In this document: in pieces, positions 28,371-38,856 of the stretch | Layout of the letters: each line of letters starts with the position of its first letter | How positions within the stretch are numbered: the stretch's first letter is position 1 | Origin: a virus | Lineage: Duplodnaviria; Caudoviricetes | Reading direction: 5' to 3' (one strand) | IMG/VR virus record: IMGVR_UViG_2597490325_000001 | Location: 160,001 to 224,000 of that record | DNA length: 64,000 nucleotides | The notes under the pieces: model-generated | Database searches by the model: none | Seen by the model: the letters and a program-made list of their open reading frames with translations, nothing else | Told to the model about the DNA's origin: nothing | Made by a program: the position numbers and the translations under genes

Positions 28371-30464
28371 ATGGCTGATAAAATCATTGTACGTTATAAG
28401 GATACCCCTTATACTGTAAAAACTCTTTTAGATTTTCTTTCAGAATGTGCCAAAGTATATTATAGTACTGGTAAAAGAAAAATAAGTGATGAAGTTTTTG
28501 ATAAACTTCAACTTGTTTATGAAAAGCATTCTGGTAAAAGACTTCCAGTTGGTGGTAAAGTTGATGTAGGTAATACTCTTAGCTTAAGCCACTCATATGA
28601 GGACTTTGCTGGTACTCTTTTCAAGACTAAATCACCGGAAGAGGTCTACGACTGGATGAGGCGAAAAGGTATCAAACCTTCAAAAGCTGGAGTCCAGATC
28701 GCACTTAGTCTAAAAGCTGACGGTCATTCTATCACGGTAGAAACTAAGTATAACAAGAAAACTAAAGAACAGTATATACATAAAGCTCTTACCCGTGGTA
28801 AAGATGGCGTAGGTAAAGATCTCACTCCTATTTTTAAAGAATACGAACATTTACTTTACCTTCCAGTTATTGATGGAAAAAATTATGCTGTAGGTTATGA
28901 AGCAGTAATGACTTATAGTAATTTTACATTGTTCCATGAACAAGAAAAAGAAACATTTAACAATCCTCGTTCTATCATAGGCGCTATCCTATCAGATAGA
29001 GGTAATCAGTATTTTCCATATATTAATCTCATTGCTCTCAGGATTAAGACTGAAGATGATGAGCTTAGTCGTATTGATGCATTGGAGTATATTAATGAGA
29101 TTAATGAATCTCAGAATGAAGAAATTGATTTCGGTTTTTGGGTGGGTGAATTAACCAATAAAAAGAATAAAGGATATATGCTTGGTGGCGATGATTATAA
29201 GGATTTCAATGAAGCCTTAGAAGATTTCTATCAATGTGTAATTCAAAATCGTGAAGAAATTGATATCATGATTGATGGGGTAGTAATTGAGGTTCTTAAT
29301 GAAGATAAACGTCGTTCATTAGGTTACTCTGATTATGAACCTAACTTTGCAGCGGCTCTTAAATTCCCTCCAGCTGAAAAAGAAACTACCGTCGAAGATG
29401 TTAAATGGTCTGTAGAAGGTAAGTCTGGACGTTACACTCCAGTAGTGCATTTTAAACCAGTTAGTATTGATAATAACTCATACGTTAAAGTATCTCTTGC
29501 TAACTATAAACGGTTTAAGAATCTAAATCTTCATAAAGGTGATTCAATCTTATTTACTAGACGTAATGATGTATTAGGTTATGTTGATAAATTAGATGAA
29601 GATGCACCACCTAAAGGTGAAGCTTTTAAAGCTCCTAAGTTTTGTATTCATTGTGGAGAATCTTTAGCAGTAGTAAGTGCATATTTAGAATGCGTAAATC
29701 CGGCTTGTAAAACTAACGAGCTTGGTAATATTCTCAAGTTTATCGATGTACTCAATCTTAAGTTTATTGGTAGGAAAACGATAGAAAAACTATATGATAA
29801 TAAAATCATTAGTAAGTTCTCTGACTTCTTTGAATTAACTGATAAAGATTTTAAGAAAATTAAGTCCATTGATGGACTTGGAAATCATGTAATTAAGCTT
29901 ATTAATCAGTTAGTAGATAAGCTCAGTAATGAAGAAACTCCCGATTATCTATTCCTTGGGGCGTTCAATATCCCGTTGATCAGAGATGGTCGAGCTGAGA
30001 AGATCTTAAAAGGTATTACCCTTCCAGAGATTATTGATCTTATTGACTCTAAAGATAATGAGGCTATTTACCGAATCCTTTCTAATACTAATAATATTGG
30101 TATTAAGATTGTAGATGAACTGGCTAAAGCTTTAGGGGATGAAGGATATTATCGAAATGAATTAGGTATTCTATATGAGAATATGAATATCATTGATTCA
30201 AAGATTGATCAATCATCTTTAGGTAAAGATTTTGTATCTTTGACTTTCGTTCATACTGGTAGCGCTAAGCCACTGAAAACTAGGGATGAACTTAAACGCA
30301 TTATTTCTAGTAAAGGTCATAATTTAGTAGGAAGTGTTTCCAATAAGACAAACTATCTCATAAATAATGACGTAAATTCCACTACTGATAAGAATAAGAA
30401 AGCTAAAGAGCTTGGTATTCCAATCATTACTGTGGAAGAATTTGTGGCAATGATGAATGGCTAA
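28371..30464 (+). CDS. ligA: NAD-dependent DNA ligase
   Basis: YY....ISDEVFDKL, KADG adenylation motif, TRG.DG.GKD, IDGVV, ALKF, Zn finger, HhH, C-terminal BRCT (SVSNKTNYLI..K..KAKELGIPII). Confidence 0.95.
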   Translation: MADKIIVRYKDTPYTVKTLLDFLSECAKVYYSTGKRKISDEVFDKLQLVYEKHSGKRLPVGGKVDVGNTLSLSHSYEDFAGTLFKTKSPEEVYDWMRRKGIKPSKAGVQIALSLKADGHSITVETKYNKKTKEQYIHKALTRGKDGVGKDLTPIFKEYEHLLYLPVIDGKNYAVGYEAVMTYSNFTLFHEQEKETFNNPRSIIGAILSDRGNQYFPYINLIALRIKTEDDELSRIDALEYINEINESQNEEIDFGFWVGELTNKKNKGYMLGGDDYKDFNEALEDFYQCVIQNREEIDIMIDGVVIEVLNEDKRRSLGYSDYEPNFAAALKFPPAEKETTVEDVKWSVEGKSGRYTPVVHFKPVSIDNNSYVKVSLANYKRFKNLNLHKGDSILFTRRNDVLGYVDKLDEDAPPKGEAFKAPKFCIHCGESLAVVSAYLECVNPACKTNELGNILKFIDVLNLKFIGRKTIEKLYDNKIISKFSDFFELTDKDFKKIKSIDGLGNHVIKLINQLVDKLSNEETPDYLFLGAFNIPLIRDGRAEKILKGITLPEIIDLIDSKDNEAIYRILSNTNNIGIKIVDELAKALGDEGYYRNELGILYENMNIIDSKIDQSSLGKDFVSLTFVHTGSAKPLKTRDELKRIISSKGHNLVGSVSNKTNYLINNDVNSTTDKNKKAKELGIPIITVEEFVAMMNG

Positions 30465-30666
30465 ACTCAGTCAACAGCTCAATCAAATTTTTGTGGACAT
30501 CGAAAAAGGAATCGGTAATAGTCATGTTGTCGATTCCCTAAAATCCGGTATAGACTATGCATACATAGTCGAAGGTAAAAATACTAAGCTTTGGATAGAT
30601 GTAAAATCCTTAGATAGCGGATTTTTAGATGAACTAATCGATTTAAAATTAAGTAATAAACTCTAA
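30457..30666 (+). CDS. Hypothetical protein
   Basis: Overlaps the ligase stop; fills the gap to SSB. Confidence 0.6.
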   Translation: MAKLSQQLNQIFVDIEKGIGNSHVVDSLKSGIDYAYIVEGKNTKLWIDVKSLDSGFLDELIDLKLSNKL

Positions 30667-30676
30667 GGAAATTGAA

Positions 30677-31009
30677 ATGGAAAATGTAACTAATCTTGTT
30701 CAACTTGCTGGAAATGTAGTAAAAGATCCTAAATTCATCTTTGATGAGAAGAACGATTTTCGTGTTCTGAATTTTACTGTAGTAGTTACTCGTCAGTATG
30801 TTCGTGATGGTCGTTTTGCAAATGATAAATCATTCCATAAAGTCTCTGTTCGTGGTAAGCTTGCAGAAGAATACAAAGACAAGATTAAGAAATCTAGTGG
30901 CGTACAAGTTACTGGATATTTACGTAATCGCAATGTAACTAAAGATGGCGTACGTTATCCAATTACTGAAGTTGCTGTAGAAGAAGCAGGTGGAATTGTC
31001 TGCCTGTAA
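30677..31009 (+). CDS. ssb: Single-stranded DNA-binding protein (OB fold, no acidic tail)
   Basis: NLVQLAGNVVKDP, FTVVVTR, V.VTGYLRNR, TEV. Confidence 0.85.
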   Translation: MENVTNLVQLAGNVVKDPKFIFDEKNDFRVLNFTVVVTRQYVRDGRFANDKSFHKVSVRGKLAEEYKDKIKKSSGVQVTGYLRNRNVTKDGVRYPITEVAVEEAGGIVCL

Positions 31010-31024
31010 AAAAAGTAAATAAAC

Positions 31025-31053
31025 CCCTATATCCCCTTTTGAGGGATATAGGG
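31025..31053. terminator. Bidirectional terminator, CCCTATA family
   Basis: Between convergent genes, with A- and T-tracts on both sides. Confidence 0.8.
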
Positions 31054-31066
31054 AGTTTCTTTTTTT

Positions 31067-32023
31067 TTAATTTCTAGTTAAATCTAAGAACAGATTAGCG
31101 ATTTTAAGACCTTCTTTTCCACTTACTGATTCAAAGATAAAATCTTTAATCAAGTTAGAGGAATAAGCGCTACAGATAGTATAACCTAAGAATCCAGATA
31201 GCAATTCAATCATAAAGAGAGATTTTTCACCATACATAGTGATCATCTTTCTAATGAAAGTATTTACATCTAAGTCTTTAACTACAGTATAAGCCTCAGC
31301 TAGACCAGAGAATAGTCTTGGAAGAGATACTAAGTTTTCATCATTAAAACGTGTACCAAACTCAGCAATAGCTGAATCAGCGATACTAGATTGCTGTTTT
31401 GCTACTTGCATTGCAATGGCATTTCTAGTTTCTTTGTTTAGAGGGTGATCTCTCTCAACCACATATGATAAGAAGAACTTAGCGATACTATAGCTAATAG
31501 CTGCCGATTGTACTGGAATAGAAGCAGTAGCATACATACTATCGATTACACGCATAACCATACGAGTATATACTATAGCGGCGTTGGTCAGTAAAGGGGT
31601 AGAATATACAAGTTTATTGTAATTTTCAGCATACTTACGTTGAACGTGAGCATACATTAATACACCAAATACTTCTCTTGGCTGATAGCTACTGAAACTA
31701 TATTTGTCTCTAATCTTGATTTTACCAAACAAGTTAGCGATACCAGTATAGTCTTTACCGTTATTGATAGCCCATCCAGTCAAATTCAGACCTGGAACAT
31801 ACAAACAATCTATATGTCCTGATTCTAAATCATCGAGAATTACCTGCTTACCAGATACACTAATCTTTGACTTAATATCACTTGAGATAAGATTCAGTTG
31901 GTCTTTAGTGAGACGATAGTCTTCAGCCTTAGTCATTGCACCTGTTACTTGAGTAAGCATTCGGTTAGCATTGACGATCTCACCAATATATGTATCTTTT
32001 AAAGAACGAAATTTGAAAGACAT
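31067..32023 (-). CDS. Hypothetical, probable virion protein
   Basis: In a late operon. Confidence 0.75.
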   Translation of the reverse strand: MSFKFRSLKDTYIGEIVNANRMLTQVTGAMTKAEDYRLTKDQLNLISSDIKSKISVSGKQVILDDLESGHIDCLYVPGLNLTGWAINNGKDYTGIANLFGKIKIRDKYSFSSYQPREVFGVLMYAHVQRKYAENYNKLVYSTPLLTNAAIVYTRMVMRVIDSMYATASIPVQSAAISYSIAKFFLSYVVERDHPLNKETRNAIAMQVAKQQSSIADSAIAEFGTRFNDENLVSLPRLFSGLAEAYTVVKDLDVNTFIRKMITMYGEKSLFMIELLSGFLGYTICSAYSSNLIKDFIFESVSGKEGLKIANLFLDLTRN

Positions 32024-32025
32024 AA

Positions 32026-33801
32026 TTACTCCTGACTAGTTGGGAATCCATTAATGAAGTACTGGTTGGCATCAAGTACAAAGATTTTAGACTGTTTCAT
32101 GTTAGCATCAAGCAACAGAACATTATCTTCCAGCATTTGATGTTCAGTAATATCGATTGGATATTCTGTAGGAGAATCGTTGGCATCAAGTACAAGGTCA
32201 CTACGGTTATTGATACGGTTCTGATAGTAGTAATTACTAATAACGCGAAGCTGCTCAACGGCTGCAGTGTAAGGGCTAAAGAATTCAAATACTGTAGAGT
32301 ATTCTTCTTCTACACCCTGATCATTTGGATCAACCGTTACGTTAGGTTCATCAGCATAGATAGTATTCATAATATTATCTAGACCAACATATTCAGCAAC
32401 AATATCAAATTCAGAATAGTTGTCTACTACAAATTTGATAACGGAATCAATATCAATAGTATTTACAATGCGAAGTCTATATTCAAAATCTTTGAGAGTA
32501 TCTACTTTACTAACATCAAGTTCCATTACCTGACGGTGTTTAGGCTTAAACCAGTCATTAGAAAGATATTTCTGGTTGAGGAAAGAAGAACCTAAACGAG
32601 TCATTAAAGGAATTGTAGCAATGTCAGTATTTGTGGTAATGAGACCTTGTTCTTGCATAGTATCTTGACGAATGATAATGCAATCAGCATCGTCCATTAC
32701 ACATTCATTCTTAACGATACGAATTCGCCATTCAGCGGCATCATCAATTTTATTTGCAAGAAGTTTAATTTTGTATCCAGAGAATTCATTACCGCCATAA
32801 ATAAGCGTATAATGTTTACCTGCAGTTAAGTGATACCCATTAAGATATACATCGAAGTCTTCAATAGAACCAATAGGTACTGGTCTATATGAATTATCCT
32901 CTAGTTTCTCTTTAATCTCTACCTCATTACTCCATGTGTCACCATTGGTAGAAGAAGCTTCATATTCCCAATAGTATACGCCATTCATAATGAATAACTG
33001 ATCAGCTACTTGTGGGAGAGTGGAGAAGATGATTCGTGCGGTATCACCAGTAGTGTTAATCTCTGTAATGAAATCAATTCCATAACGGAACTTAACATAT
33101 GCAGTTAATCCATCAATAGTACGTTTAGCTACAACGTTAATGTATTTGTGATGATAGAATGTACCTAAATTTGCTACAGGTACATATAAAGTACACTTCC
33201 CGCCAGTCAAGTCGGTTGAGGTAATCGTTTTTGTTACATAATCTTTACTAGTATTATATAAACGATGTATCTTGATACCAACTACTGAATTATCATTAAT
33301 ATGAGTAGCTTTAATATAACACTTAACGCCATATGCGGTATTTACTAGATCATATTCAGATTTTGGAAGCAATTTTCCATCAACAAATACAAAATGGGTG
33401 ATTGCAGCAAAATTAAGTTTCCCTAAGCAATCAACATTGTATTCAACTCTAGTAGAAGCTGGATAAGTAATTGGAACACCATTAGCATCCCAATTAGCAT
33501 TAGCGTAGTGTGCAGTTTTATTTGCGAATTGATATGAACGATCAACAACGGGGTTTGTAAAATGAGATAAAAACGTTTCAAGATAACGTTTATCACGAAT
33601 TGCAATGTCACCAGTAGCATAGAAGCAGTATCTTAATGCTTCACCAAGTTGTTTAAATCGCTTATTAAAAGTCTTAACATCACTTAGATCTTCCGTTACC
33701 GAGTTGATTGGTTGAACTTTAGATAACGGTTCTAAAAGGCCGGATAGTTCTCTACGGAAATTACCAACCCCTAATGATGTTTCTAAATTGCTATAAGCCA
33801 T
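32026..33801 (-). CDS. Probable virion structural protein
   Basis: Beta-rich FVDGKLL/VYLNGYHL repeats; C-terminal LDAN x3; late promoter at 33834-33846. Confidence 0.7.
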   Translation of the reverse strand: MAYSNLETSLGVGNFRRELSGLLEPLSKVQPINSVTEDLSDVKTFNKRFKQLGEALRYCFYATGDIAIRDKRYLETFLSHFTNPVVDRSYQFANKTAHYANANWDANGVPITYPASTRVEYNVDCLGKLNFAAITHFVFVDGKLLPKSEYDLVNTAYGVKCYIKATHINDNSVVGIKIHRLYNTSKDYVTKTITSTDLTGGKCTLYVPVANLGTFYHHKYINVVAKRTIDGLTAYVKFRYGIDFITEINTTGDTARIIFSTLPQVADQLFIMNGVYYWEYEASSTNGDTWSNEVEIKEKLEDNSYRPVPIGSIEDFDVYLNGYHLTAGKHYTLIYGGNEFSGYKIKLLANKIDDAAEWRIRIVKNECVMDDADCIIIRQDTMQEQGLITTNTDIATIPLMTRLGSSFLNQKYLSNDWFKPKHRQVMELDVSKVDTLKDFEYRLRIVNTIDIDSVIKFVVDNYSEFDIVAEYVGLDNIMNTIYADEPNVTVDPNDQGVEEEYSTVFEFFSPYTAAVEQLRVISNYYYQNRINNRSDLVLDANDSPTEYPIDITEHQMLEDNVLLLDANMKQSKIFVLDANQYFINGFPTSQE

Positions 33802-33822
33802 TATATGAATCCTTTTAGGGTT

Positions 33823-35130
33823 TTATGATTCTACTATTACATTGTTGACATCTGCACGATTCTTCTGAAGATATTCATCATACAAATCATTAACCTCTGA
33901 AATAGGGGCATACATGAAGAATTTGTAATCATAATTAGCGTAAGGACTCAGGATAGTAATAACCTTAGTCTTCCAATTAATTTGATAATCTTCATCTTCT
34001 ACTAATTCTTTTCTATCCCTAAATAGTTTATAAATAAGGTTAGTGGCTTTAAGCTCATCAAAATTATCTTGGCTTCTCAGATAATCGATATAGTAATTAG
34101 GTGCCCTAGCTAATTGCTCACCAAAATCAATTTCTTCAATAGGCGAGTTAGCCTCAGTTACAAGTTCTAGCCCCAATATTGATTTTTTATTACCGATTTG
34201 ATGAGGTATCCCCCAATTAAGAGTCCAGTGCATACCTACATCATTCATACCACCTTCAGTAATGAGAAATTCATCATCAATTGGCTCATTGGCAAGATTA
34301 TAGCTTTCGGCAATAAAGTAATTATGGTTATTATACTCAACTTCTACAGTAAAACGTAGCATTGATTCGCTAACAGCTTTATTATCTTTTTGAGCATCTG
34401 GTACTTCAAAGTTAGGAATGCGGATTAGAATATTCGTTCCGTATCTATAAAAGAACTGTTTTTTACCAGTAGAATGGTGAGTTTTATAAGTAACTTTACC
34501 ATCTGAAATTTTATGTATCCACTCAGCAAATAAATTCAAAGAATCTTTATCCTTTAAATTGTAACCTTTATGTTTAGCTATATAACCAATAGAGGATGCT
34601 GGAAGTGGAACTTCTAATGAGTAGTCATTGAGATACCTATATCTGTTTGTACCCAACTTATTGGATAGATAACCCTTAATATTAATACTTTCCATTTCAG
34701 TTTTATTTGAAATGATAATATCAAAGTTATGTCTGGCCCTAGAAGTAATAGCAGATATATAGGTTTTAGTCTCTTCATCGTATACTATTTTAGTATACAT
34801 TCTTTCACGGTTTGCACCACGAAAAGTATACATATTTGCCATTAAGAATGGATCTGCTAAAAATGAAGTATCACCAGTTTGATTCTCATAATTCATTTTG
34901 ATAGACATTCTAGGTAATGGCTTCATATTTTTCAAATCATCATCTAATGGTTGCTCAGTAACAGCAGCTATTGAGTTTCCAATAAATACTTGCTTCAAGT
35001 AGGTCGGAGGGAATAATGAGATAAAGTACTCCCTGACAACGCCGATTAAACTTGAATATAAAGCATTAGTCACCGTCATCTCATACTTAGTGACTACGAG
35101 TTTATTATCAGTAAACTGTATATCGCTCAT
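33823..35130 (-). CDS. Probable virion structural protein
   Basis: 435-aa ORF in a late cluster. Confidence 0.7.
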   Translation of the reverse strand: MSDIQFTDNKLVVTKYEMTVTNALYSSLIGVVREYFISLFPPTYLKQVFIGNSIAAVTEQPLDDDLKNMKPLPRMSIKMNYENQTGDTSFLADPFLMANMYTFRGANRERMYTKIVYDEETKTYISAITSRARHNFDIIISNKTEMESINIKGYLSNKLGTNRYRYLNDYSLEVPLPASSIGYIAKHKGYNLKDKDSLNLFAEWIHKISDGKVTYKTHHSTGKKQFFYRYGTNILIRIPNFEVPDAQKDNKAVSESMLRFTVEVEYNNHNYFIAESYNLANEPIDDEFLITEGGMNDVGMHWTLNWGIPHQIGNKKSILGLELVTEANSPIEEIDFGEQLARAPNYYIDYLRSQDNFDELKATNLIYKLFRDRKELVEDEDYQINWKTKVITILSPYANYDYKFFMYAPISEVNDLYDEYLQKNRADVNNVIVES

Positions 35131-35140
35131 AATTATAACC

Positions 35141-35299
35141 TAAAAAAAAAGTAAAAGAATCCCCTATAGGACTGAGCCTATAGGGGAACTTTAAATGATA
35201 CAAGTGTATCACAAATCACACAAGGAATACAGACAGCGTAGGATCCGACAACCTAACCATCTATATCCTTGTTAACCAAAAATTCATAGGAAATCATAT
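35141..35299 (-). ncRNA. Candidate late small RNA or structured leader
   Basis: Late promoters at 35298-35310 and 35261-35273; GU-supported hairpin at 35221-35271; hairpin at 35196-35211; terminator at 35160-35187. Confidence 0.4.
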
Positions 35300-35319
35300 A
35301 AATTTTTGTTATTTAAATA

Positions 35320-35727
35320 TTAGTAAACCTGTCGTTTAATCATAGTAATTAAACCGAGATTTACTAAAGGTTCCATTTCTTCAAAATATGTATTAAATGA
35401 AACAGTATAGAATTCTAGTTTTAGATCATTGCGAAGAAACTTAAAAATACCATAAAGACTATTATCTGCAGTATCATCAAACATAGTATTGAAAGTCTGA
35501 TAAGATCTAGGAAATGATTTTTCACCTTTTCCATCAACAACCAAGCTAACCCCATAAAAATGATCCATTTGATTGGAAATTCTTAATGGGATAGCTACTT
35601 TAGATTGATTAGCCACATCAGCAATAATAAGATTGGTCAGATTTATTACATCGGTAAATTCAATATTAGATTTTCTACCAATATTTTTCACCAACAACTC
35701 AACCGCTTTAGAAGGTTTTAATGGCAT
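35320..35727 (-). CDS. Hypothetical protein
   Basis: aggga RBS, downstream of the RNAP gene. Confidence 0.7.
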   Translation of the reverse strand: MPLKPSKAVELLVKNIGRKSNIEFTDVINLTNLIIADVANQSKVAIPLRISNQMDHFYGVSLVVDGKGEKSFPRSYQTFNTMFDDTADNSLYGIFKFLRNDLKLEFYTVSFNTYFEEMEPLVNLGLITMIKRQVY

Positions 35728-35737
35728 TTCTTATCCC

Positions 35738-37096
35738 TTAATTCGTAAATAAAGTTTCTAAACCTAACAGGGTATCTTTGGCTGGTAGGAAGTCACGATT
35801 GAAAAGACCTGTATCTGCGTCAATCATCATATTATGTACATACAACGGCTTGAACAACTCACAATACTCTTTAGAGAAGATTGCAATAAAGTTAAGAACA
35901 TCACCATCATAGTCTGCTCCTAAAGAAGACAGAATAAGGTTATGGATCGATGCAGTTAGATCATGTTTATCTCGCTTAACGCCAGCGCATTTGATTATCA
36001 TTACCGAACCGATATTGATTGATGGGTTTCGGTTAATGATAAACTTGACATTCTTAGAAGTAATAATCTCATTTACAATATTGTAAACGGTTTCATTAAA
36101 CTTCAATGTAGCTTTATAAAAGATTTCATTTGCCTTCATAAATGTCGTCTTATGTAAAGTACGAATTTTACGAATTACAAATGGCCTCATAAGTTCTAAA
36201 GCAGCATTATATGGAATTGTAAACTCATCCATTTCATATTCACCAGTAAGAGGTGTGATTACCATCCTACTAGAGAAGTTAAATCGGTTTCCGATAAGAG
36301 TACTACGGATATAACCATCTTTTTCACTAAGATTATCTACGATGTTAGTGTAGATATTATTCAGCGCTAGTTGATTATTGTACAACAATGGTAAAATATT
36401 AAGATCATTCTGTTCCATACTTGATAAATCTCTAAGAATATTAGAGTTTTTAATCAAGATATTATAGTAATTATTAATCTCTTCAAAGCTAAACTCTCCG
36501 TCTACTACAATAGCTGGACGAAGACGAACGTTAATGATAGGGTAATAATAAATGAACACTTGTTCAATATGTTCCATTACAAAATCATATTCTTTTTGCT
36601 TCTTTTTCTTTTTCAAGAAATAATTCATTACAGTTTCGAAATTATCCATGAAACGAATAATACCGATACCGGTAAATGGTTCTTTCAAAGGAGGTTCAAT
36701 TAATTGACCTTCTACTTTAATATCACCTTTATAGTTAATGATATTACTTAGTACTGAAGCGCCAATAATTTTTTGAAGATAGATGTAAAATAATGGATGA
36801 ATACATGGATACTCAAGATCAATCCAGCCCTCTTTATCTAACATTAATCCACGGAATGTAACCTCTGAACCACAATCCTCTTCTTCGCAAATTTCGCCTT
36901 TATGGAATTCACCATGTAAGGCACCACATGTACATGACCATTCAATACCAGAAGCCATGTTACCGAAAATAGTTGGGGAGAAGATACCATCTTCAGTGAA
37001 CTTTTTATTATCACCTTCTAACGGATTTGGATTCTGAATGATACGGTGTAGATTAGCTTCTTCATTCAGATTTCGTACATCCATTCTAATACTCAT
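35738..37096 (-). CDS. Multisubunit RNA polymerase beta-prime N-terminal/catalytic subunit (probably non-virion RNAP)
   Basis: GIFS..IFG, Zn finger CTCG..C....C, G.R.NFSSRMVI, NRNPSI, active site GADYDGD; early promoter at 37144-37152. Confidence 0.93.
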   Translation of the reverse strand: MSIRMDVRNLNEEANLHRIIQNPNPLEGDNKKFTEDGIFSPTIFGNMASGIEWSCTCGALHGEFHKGEICEEEDCGSEVTFRGLMLDKEGWIDLEYPCIHPLFYIYLQKIIGASVLSNIINYKGDIKVEGQLIEPPLKEPFTGIGIIRFMDNFETVMNYFLKKKKKQKEYDFVMEHIEQVFIYYYPIINVRLRPAIVVDGEFSFEEINNYYNILIKNSNILRDLSSMEQNDLNILPLLYNNQLALNNIYTNIVDNLSEKDGYIRSTLIGNRFNFSSRMVITPLTGEYEMDEFTIPYNAALELMRPFVIRKIRTLHKTTFMKANEIFYKATLKFNETVYNIVNEIITSKNVKFIINRNPSINIGSVMIIKCAGVKRDKHDLTASIHNLILSSLGADYDGDVLNFIAIFSKEYCELFKPLYVHNMMIDADTGLFNRDFLPAKDTLLGLETLFTN

Positions 37097-37143
37097 TCGT
37101 ATTCTCCGCTTATTGTTTGTCTAGAAATAAACTCTTCAATATT

Positions 37144-37152
37144 ATAATATAT
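37144..37152 (-). promoter_or_regulatory. Early promoter ATATATTAT
   Basis: Minus-strand motif upstream of the RNAP beta-prime gene. Confidence 0.65.
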
Positions 37153-37298
37153 TTTTATAAGAATTATTAACTTTTTTATTCAGGAACATAGAAATTTTTT
37201 ATAAAAATATACTATATTTATAGTTCAAACATCTAAATAGTTTAAAATATTTAACAAAAATCATAGATTAAATGATTTTTTTTAAAAAGGTAAATAAT

Positions 37299-37976
37299 AT
37301 GGCTATGTTTTTAGAAAGCACTGTTACTGAACAGCAACCTGAATTGACTTATGTATCGACTTTGTCTATCATGGAAGAACTCAACGATATCACTATTGAG
37401 CTTTCAGAAAATTTTGAATCTTTCTTCCAAGAAGAATATTCTATTTTAAAAGAAGAATCTGATGAAGTTAAAGCAGAGAAAAAAGAATCATTTAAAGATA
37501 AAGTTGGTAAAACTATAACTAATATACTAGATAGGATTCGCGTAGCGGTAGTGAAAGTTAAACAATTTTTATTATATTATATTTCTAAAGCAATTGGAAG
37601 TAAACGTTTTGTACGTGCTCCTCAAGAGTTAGTTCGTTTTATGGCTTCACATTCTATTTCTTATGTATTCAAAAATTTCGCCGATGATAGTAAATTAGAC
37701 GAAATTAAGAAAGATTTGGAAGCCGATAAAGCTGCTTTTGAAAAAGCTAAAGCTGATACTACTATGTTCACCATGCCAGCCGAAAAATTTAAAGGATTTC
37801 TCAACCCAGCTAAAAAATCCTTTGAAGAAATTGAATCAGGAATTAAGAGTAATACCCAGCTCTCTCCAGAAGGTGCTAAGGTATTACAGGCATGCGTTAC
37901 TTTCTCTCTTGCTGTAGTACATGCTATTACCGCAAAAACTAAAGGTCTTGATAAAGAACCTTCAGATAAAGAATAA
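37299..37976 (+). CDS. Probable internal head protein
   Basis: Start moved to ATG 37299 (aaggt RBS); late promoter at 37228-37240; acidic propeptide-like N-terminus (FLES, ILKEE). Confidence 0.6.
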   Translation: MAMFLESTVTEQQPELTYVSTLSIMEELNDITIELSENFESFFQEEYSILKEESDEVKAEKKESFKDKVGKTITNILDRIRVAVVKVKQFLLYYISKAIGSKRFVRAPQELVRFMASHSISYVFKNFADDSKLDEIKKDLEADKAAFEKAKADTTMFTMPAEKFKGFLNPAKKSFEEIESGIKSNTQLSPEGAKVLQACVTFSLAVVHAITAKTKGLDKEPSDKE

Positions 37977-37982
37977 TATAAA

Positions 37983-38011
37983 CCCTATACCCTCTTTATG
38001 AAGGTATAGGG
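37983..38011. repeat. 29-bp hairpin, left copy of a perfect inverted repeat
   Basis: ccctataccctctttatgaaggtataggg is the exact reverse complement of 38857-38885. Confidence 0.9.
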
Positions 38012-38087
38012 TTTATAATTTGAATTTCAATCATATATTATATTAGTAGTAACAGGAATTTAGTAGTTTAAAACCGAAGGTATTCCA

Positions 38088-38849
38088 ATGGGTTTTCCAC
38101 TAGTATATAAGTCTGATAAACGTTATGTCAGAAATAAAAATATTATAGAATTCGATATGAAATCAGGCGGATATTCTATTGCTATGTCAAAAGGTTTGAT
38201 AAAGGATAAGAAAACTAGACTTAAGCTAAAACATGCTGACAAGAAAGAAAAGCAGATTATCTTAGGTCTATACGCTAAAGAACATAAAGAATTCACTAAA
38301 TCTTTACACAAAGGATTTCAAGAGTATGTCAAGTTATTTATTGAAGAAAATGATATTGAAACAAAATCTGTAATAACTATTAATAAAGACTCAGTATTAT
38401 TCTTTGGTAGGCAGCCTAGAAATGTATCGTTTGATAAAGTACTATTTACTAAACGAGGATCTTTCACCAGCTATCTTAAATTAGGAAGAATTGAATTCCT
38501 TCTTAATGGTAAAACTGGAGAAAAGCTAATTAAAGGTATTGCAATCGATGATTATACTGAAACATTACTAGAAGAAGTATTTACGGTAATGAAAATGGCT
38601 GAATTCGGTGGTAAGAAATCTGTAATAGATTATCTTATAGAACTAAGACAAGCTTATGTAAATTTAGATTTAACCGATAACTATTATAAAGAATTATCCC
38701 CTTTAGGTAGAGGTTATTTACTTAAAGAAGGATATAAATTCAATAATGTCTATATTAACGAAATGGATGATGAGATGGATATCTCCGATATAGATATAGT
38801 TTATAATTATAAAAATTTTATCATTCCATTATGCGATATATTCGTGTAA
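38088..38849 (+). CDS. Small DNA polymerase B-like palm protein
   Basis: IIEFDMKSGGYSI (motif A-like), TINKDSV (motif C-like), IKGI; early promoter at 38033-38041. Confidence 0.55.
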   Translation: MGFPLVYKSDKRYVRNKNIIEFDMKSGGYSIAMSKGLIKDKKTRLKLKHADKKEKQIILGLYAKEHKEFTKSLHKGFQEYVKLFIEENDIETKSVITINKDSVLFFGRQPRNVSFDKVLFTKRGSFTSYLKLGRIEFLLNGKTGEKLIKGIAIDDYTETLLEEVFTVMKMAEFGGKKSVIDYLIELRQAYVNLDLTDNYYKELSPLGRGYLLKEGYKFNNVYINEMDDEMDISDIDIVYNYKNFIIPLCDIFV

Positions 38850-38856
38850 TAAAATT

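Noticed and set aside
24105-37096. Group I introns or inteins in the RNAP and ligase genes, as occur in AR9 RNAP genes
   Set aside because: ORFs are continuous with expected motif spacing; no intein termini
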